64,000 bases of DNA, from the NCBI GenBank assembly GCA_964016885.1, contig OZ024742.1:331390001-331454000 (forward strand). Direction: 5' to 3'. Below the pieces are notes generated by a model. That model did not search any database. It was not told where the DNA came from and saw nothing but the letters and a program-made list of their open reading frames with translations. A program made the position numbers and the translations under genes. Source of the DNA: Eledone cirrhosa. Its lineage: Eukaryota. Positions 58,700 to 64,000 of the stretch are shown in pieces (positions within the stretch are counted from its first letter, which is position 1; each line of letters starts with the position of its first letter).

Positions 58700-61600
58700 G
58701 GGGTGAACACTGAACACTGAATATTGAAGGTTATTTTTGGCAGAAGAGAGGATTTAGTGGCAGTTGGGGTGAACACTGAACACTGAATATTGAAGGTTAT
58801 TTTTGGCAGAAGAGAGGATTTAGTGGCAGTTTGGGTGAACACTGAATATTGAAGGTTATTTTTGGCAGAAGAGAGGATTTAGTGGCAGTTGGGGTGAACA
58901 CTGAACACTGAATATTGAAGGTTATTTTTGGCAGAAGAGAGGATTTAGTGGCAGTTGGGATGAACACTGAACACTGAATATTGAATATTGAAGGTTATTT
59001 TTGCAGAAGGGAGGATTTAGTGGCAGTTGGGGGTGAACACTGAACACTGAATATTGAAGGTTATTTTTGGCAGAAGAGAGGATTTAGTGGCATTTGGGGT
59101 GAACACTGAATACTGAACACTGAATATTGAAGGTTATTTTTGGCAGAAGAGAGGATTTAGTGGCAGTTGGGGTGAACACTGAACACTGAATATTGAAGGT
59201 TATTTTTGGCAGAAGAGAGGATTTAGTGGCAGTTGGGGTGAACACTGAATATTGAAGGTTATTTTTGGCAGAAGAGAGGATTTAGTGGCAGTTTGGGTGA
59301 ACACTGAATATTGAAGGTTATTTTTGGCAGAAGAGAGGATTTAGTGGCAGTTGGGGTGAACACTGAACACTGAACACTGAATATTGAAGGTTATTTTTGG
59401 CAGAAGAGAGGATTTAGTGGCAGTTGGGGTGAACACTGAACATTGAACACTGAATATTGAAGGTTATTTTTGGCAGAAGAGAGGATTTAGTGGCAGTTGG
59501 GGTGAACACTGTACACTGAATATTGAATATTGAAGGTTATTTTTGCAGAAGAGAAGATTTAGTGGCAGTTGGGGTGAACACTGAACACTGAATATTGAAG
59601 GTTATTTTTGGCAGAAGAGAGGATTTAGTGGCCGTTGCGGTGAACACTGAACACTGAATATTGAATATTGAAGGTTATTTTTGCAGAAGACAGGATTTAG
59701 TGGCCGTTGCGGGAAACACTGAACACTGAATATTGAATATTGAGGTTATTTTTGCAGAAGAGAGGATTTAGTGGCAATTGGGGTGAACACTGAACACTGA
59801 ATATTGAAGGTTATTTTTGGCAGAAGAGAGGATTTAGTGGCAGTTGGGGTGAACACTGAACACTGAACACTGAATATTGAAGGTTATTTTTGTCAGAAGA
59901 GAGGATTTAGTGGCAGTTGGGGTGAACACTGAACACTGAATATTGAAGGTTATTTTTGGCAGAAGAGAGGATTTAGTGGCAGTTTGGGTGAACACTGAAT
60001 ATTGAAGGTTATTTTTGGCAGAAGAGAGGATTTAGTGGCAGTTGGGGTGAACACTGAACACTGAATATTGAAGGTTATTTTTGGCAGAAGAGAGGATTTA
60101 GTGGCAGTTGGGGTGAACACTGAACACTGAATATTGAATATTGAAGGTTATTTTTGCAGAAGGGAGGATTTAGTGGCAGTTGGGGGTGAACACTGAACAC
60201 TGAATATTGAAGGTTATTTTTGGCAGAAGAGAGGATTTAGTGGCATTTGGGGTGAACACTGAATACTGAACACTGAATATTGAAGGTTATTTTTGGCAGA
60301 AGAGAGGATTTAGTGGCAGTTGGGGTGAACACTGAACACTGAATATTGAAGGTTATTTTTGGCAGAAGAGAGGATTTAGTGGCAGTTTGGGTGAACACTG
60401 AATATTGAAGGTTATTTTTGGCAGAAGAGAGGATTTAGTGGCAGTTGGGGTGAACACTGAACACTGAATATTGAAGGTTATTTTTGGCAGAAGAGAGGAT
60501 TTAGTGGCAGTTTGGGTGAACACTGAATATTGAAGGTTATTTTTGGCAGAAGAGAGGATTTAGTGGCAGTTGGGGTGAACACTGAACACTGAATATTGAA
60601 GGTTATTTTTGGCAGAAGAGAGGATTTAGTGGCAGTTGGGATGAACACTGAACACTGAATATTGAATATTGAAGGTTATTTTTGCAGAAGGGAGGATTTA
60701 GTGGCAGTTGGGGGTGAACACTGAACACTGAATATTGAAGGTTATTTTTGGCAGAAGAGAGGATTTAGTGGCATTTGGGGTGAACACTGAATACTGAACA
60801 CTGAATATTGAAGGTTATTTTTGGCAGAAGAGAGGATTTAGTGGCAGTTGGGGTGAACACTGAACACTGAATATTGAAGGTTATTTTTGGCAGAAGAGAG
60901 GATTTAGTGGCAGTTGGGGTGAACACTGAATATTGAAGGTTATTTTTGGCAGAAGAGAGGATTTAGTGGCAGTTTGGGTGAACACTGAATATTGAAGGTT
61001 ATTTTTGGCAGAAGAGAGGATTTAGTGGCAGTTGGGGTGAACACTGAACACTGAACACTGAATATTGAAGGTTATTTTTGGCAGAAGAGAGGATTTAGTG
61101 GCAGTTGGGGTGAACACTGAACATTGAACACTGAATATTGAAGGTTATTTTTGGCAGAAGAGAGGATTTAGTGGCAGTTGGGGTGAACACTGTACACTGA
61201 ATATTGAATATTGAAGGTTATTTTTGCAGAAGAGAAGATTTAGTGGCAGTTGGGGTGAACACTGAACACTGAATATTGAAGGTTATTTTTGGCAGAAGAG
61301 AGGATTTAGTGGCCGTTGCGGTGAACACTGAACACTGAATATTGAATATTGAAGGTTATTTTTGCAGAAGACAGGATTTAGTGGCCGTTGCGGGAAACAC
61401 TGAACACTGAATATTGAATATTGAGGTTATTTTTGCAGAAGAGAGGATTTAGTGGCAATTGGGGTGAACACTGAACACTGAATATTGAAGGTTATTTTTG
61501 GCAGAAGAGAGGATTTAGTGGCAGTTGGGGTGAACACTGAACACTGAACACTGAATATTGAAGGTTATTTTTGTCAGAAGAGAGGATTTAGTGGCAGTTG

Positions 61601-62100
61601 GGGTGAACACTGAACACTGAATATTGAAGGTTATTTTTGGCAGAAGAGAGGATTTAGTGGCAGTTTGGGTGAACACTGAATATTGAAGGTTATTTTTGGC
61701 AGAAGAGAGGATTTAGTGGCAGTTGGGGTGAACACTGAACACTGAATATTGAAGGTTATTTTTGGCAGAAGAGAGGATTTAGTGGCAGTTGGGGTGAACA
61801 CTGAACACTGAATATTGAATATTGAAGGTTATTTTTGCAGAAGGGAGGATTTAGTGGCAGTTGGGGGTGAACACTGAACACTGAATATTGAAGGTTATTT
61901 TTGGCAGAAGAGAGGATTTAGTGGCATTTGGGGTGAACACTGAATACTGAACACTGAATATTGAAGGTTATTTTTGGCAGAAGAGAGGATTTAGTGGCAG
62001 TTGGGGTGAACACTGAACACTGAATATTGAAGGTTATTTTTGGCAGAAGAGAGGATTTAGTGGCAGTTTGGGTGAACACTGAATATTGAAGGTTATTTTT
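58700..62100. repeat. Near-perfect tandem duplication, offset 1681 bp
   Basis: The private 1-bp deletion TGAGGTTATT is at 59741 and 61422; GTACAC is at 59511 and 61192. Confidence 0.92.
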
Positions 62101-64000
62101 GGCAGAAGAGAGGATTTAGTGGCAGTTGGGGTGAACACTGAAGACTGAATATTGAAGGTTATTTTTGGCAGAAGAGAGGATTTAGTGGCAGTTGGGGTGA
62201 ACACTGAACACTGAATATTGAATATTGAAGGTTATTTTTGCAGAAGGGAGGATTTAGTGGCAGTTGGGGTGAACACTGAACACTGAATATTGAAGGTTAT
62301 TTTTGGCAGAAGAGAGGATTTAGTGGCATTTGGGGTGAACACTGAACACTGAACACTGAATATTGAAGGTTATTTTTGGCAGAAGAGAGGATTTAGTGGC
62401 AGTTGGGGTGAACACTGAACACTGAATATTGAATATTGAAGGTTATTTTTGCAGAAGAGAGGATTTAGTGGCAGTTGGGGTGAACACTGAACACTGAATA
62501 TTGAATATTGAAGGTTATTTTTGCAGAAGAGATGATCTAGTGGCAGTTGGGGTTAATACTGAACACTGAATATTGAATATTGAAGGTTATTTTTGCAGAA
62601 GAGAGGATTTAGTGGCAGTTGGGATGAACACTGAACACTGAATATTGAATATTGAAGGTTATTTTTGCAGAAGAGAGGATTTAGTGGCAGTTGGGGTGAA
62701 CAATGAACACTGAATATTGAATATTGAAGGTTATTTTTGCAGAAGAGAGGATTTAGTGGCAGTTAAGGTGAACACTGAACATTGAATTTTGAATATTGAA
62801 GGTTATTTTTGGCAGAAGAGAGGATTTAGTGGCAGTTGGGGAGAACACTGAACAGTGAACACTGAATATTGAAGGTTATTTTTGGCAGAAGAGAGGATTT
62901 AGTGGCAGTTGGGGTGAAAACTGAACACTGAATATTGAAGGATATTTTTGGCAGAAGAGAGGATTTAGTGGCAGTTGGGATGAACACTGAACATTGAATA
63001 TTGAATTTTGAAGGTTATTTTTGGCAGAAGAGAGGATTTAGTGGCAGTTGGGGTGAGCACTGAACACTGAATATTGAATATTGAAGGTTATTTTTGCAGA
63101 AGAGAGGATTTAGTGGCAGTTGGGGTGAACACTTAACACTGAATATTGAAGGTTATTTTTGGCAGAAGAGAGGATTTAGTGGCATTTGGGGTGAACACTG
63201 AACACTGAACACTGAATATTGAAGGTTATTTTTGGCAGAAGAGAGGATTTAGTGGCAGTTGGGGTGAACACTGAACATTGAATATTGAAGGTTATTTTTG
63301 GCAGACGAGAGGATTTAGTGGCAATTGGGGTGAACACTGAACCCTGAACACTGAATATTGAAGGTTATTTTTGGCAGAAGAGAGGATTTAGTGGCAGTTG
63401 GGGTGAACACTGAACACTGAACACTGAATATTGAAGGTTATTTTTGCAGAAGAGAGGATTTAGTGGCAGTTAGGGTGAACACTGAACAATGAACACTGAA
63501 TATTGAAGGTTATTTTTGGCAGAAGAGAGGATTTAGTGGCAGTTGGGGTGAACACTGAACACTGAATATTGAATATTGAAGGTTATTTTTGCAGAAGAGA
63601 GGATTTATTGGCAGTTGGGGTGAACAGTGAACACTGAATATTGAAGGTTATTTTTGGCAGAAGAGAGGATTTAGTGGCAGTTGGGGTGAAAACTGAACAC
63701 TGAATATTGAAGGATATTTTGGCAGAAGAGAGGATTTAGTGGCAGTTGGGATGAACACTGAACACTGAACACTTAATATTGAAGGTTATTTTTGGCAGAA
63801 GAGAGTATTTAGTGGGATTTGGGGTGAACACTGAGCACTGAACACTGAATATTGAAGGTTATTTTTGGCAGAAGAGAGGATTTGGTGGCATTTGGGGTGA
63901 ACACTAAACACTGATCACTGAACACTGAATATTGAAGGTTATTTTTGGCAGAAGAGAGGATTTAGTGGCAGTTGGGGTGAACACTGAACACTGAACACTG

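Larger units (their letters stand above)
1..64000. repeat. Tandem satellite DNA array, 66-bp core monomer (59-80 bp length classes), head-to-tail, running off both window ends
   Basis: Every line consists of GGCAGAAGAGAGGATTTAGTGGCAGTTGGGG(TGAACAC)n(TGAATAT)mTGAAGGTTATTTTT, usually with only a few substitutions per monomer. No unique sequence or reverse-orientation copy was seen. Confidence 0.99.

Noticed and set aside
1-64000. CRISPR-like array (constant part plus variable part, ~66-bp period)
   Set aside because: The variable parts are copy-number variants of the same heptamer, not unique spacers. There is no leader or cas gene.
1-64000. G-quadruplex-forming array
   Set aside because: There is only one G4 run per ~66 bp. 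The other runs are GG with long loops, so no canonical intramolecular G4 motif is present.
1-64000. Transposon insertion, inversion, RNA gene or plasmid iteron region
   Set aside because: No non-satellite sequence, terminal repeats, orientation switch or rep gene was seen anywhere in the window.
1-64000. Definite centromere assignment or CENP-B box
   Set aside because: The consensus lacks the CpGs a CENP-B box requires. Dimers of ~132-146 bp are near nucleosome size, but that alone is not evidence, and function cannot be inferred from this sequence.

Overview
The whole 64 kb window is one uninterrupted, single-orientation tandem satellite array, roughly 900-950 monomers (estimated from mean monomer length). 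It looks like eukaryotic heterochromatic, centromeric or subtelomeric satellite. The 66-bp core monomer is GGCAGAAGAGAGGATTTAGTGGCAGTTGGGG-TGAACAC-TGAACAC-TGAATAT-TGAAGGTTATTTTT (41% GC, G21:C6 on the + strand, no CpG). A nested 7-bp TGAANNN sub-repeat varies in copy number, giving monomers of 59, 65/66, 72/73 and 80 bp. I see no genes, RNA genes, transposons, CRISPR spacers, inversions or unique sequence, and the listed ORFs are repeat artefacts. I found no evidence for a new gene-based system and do not recognise the satellite family or organism. The information lies in the variant pattern: an ordered but irregular higher-order repeat, local duplications of 0.4-5.4 kb, regional subfamily domains, an apparent ~20.1-kb super-period and a few microhomology-type junctions. 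Offsets were read by eye from marker variants; block boundaries are approximate.
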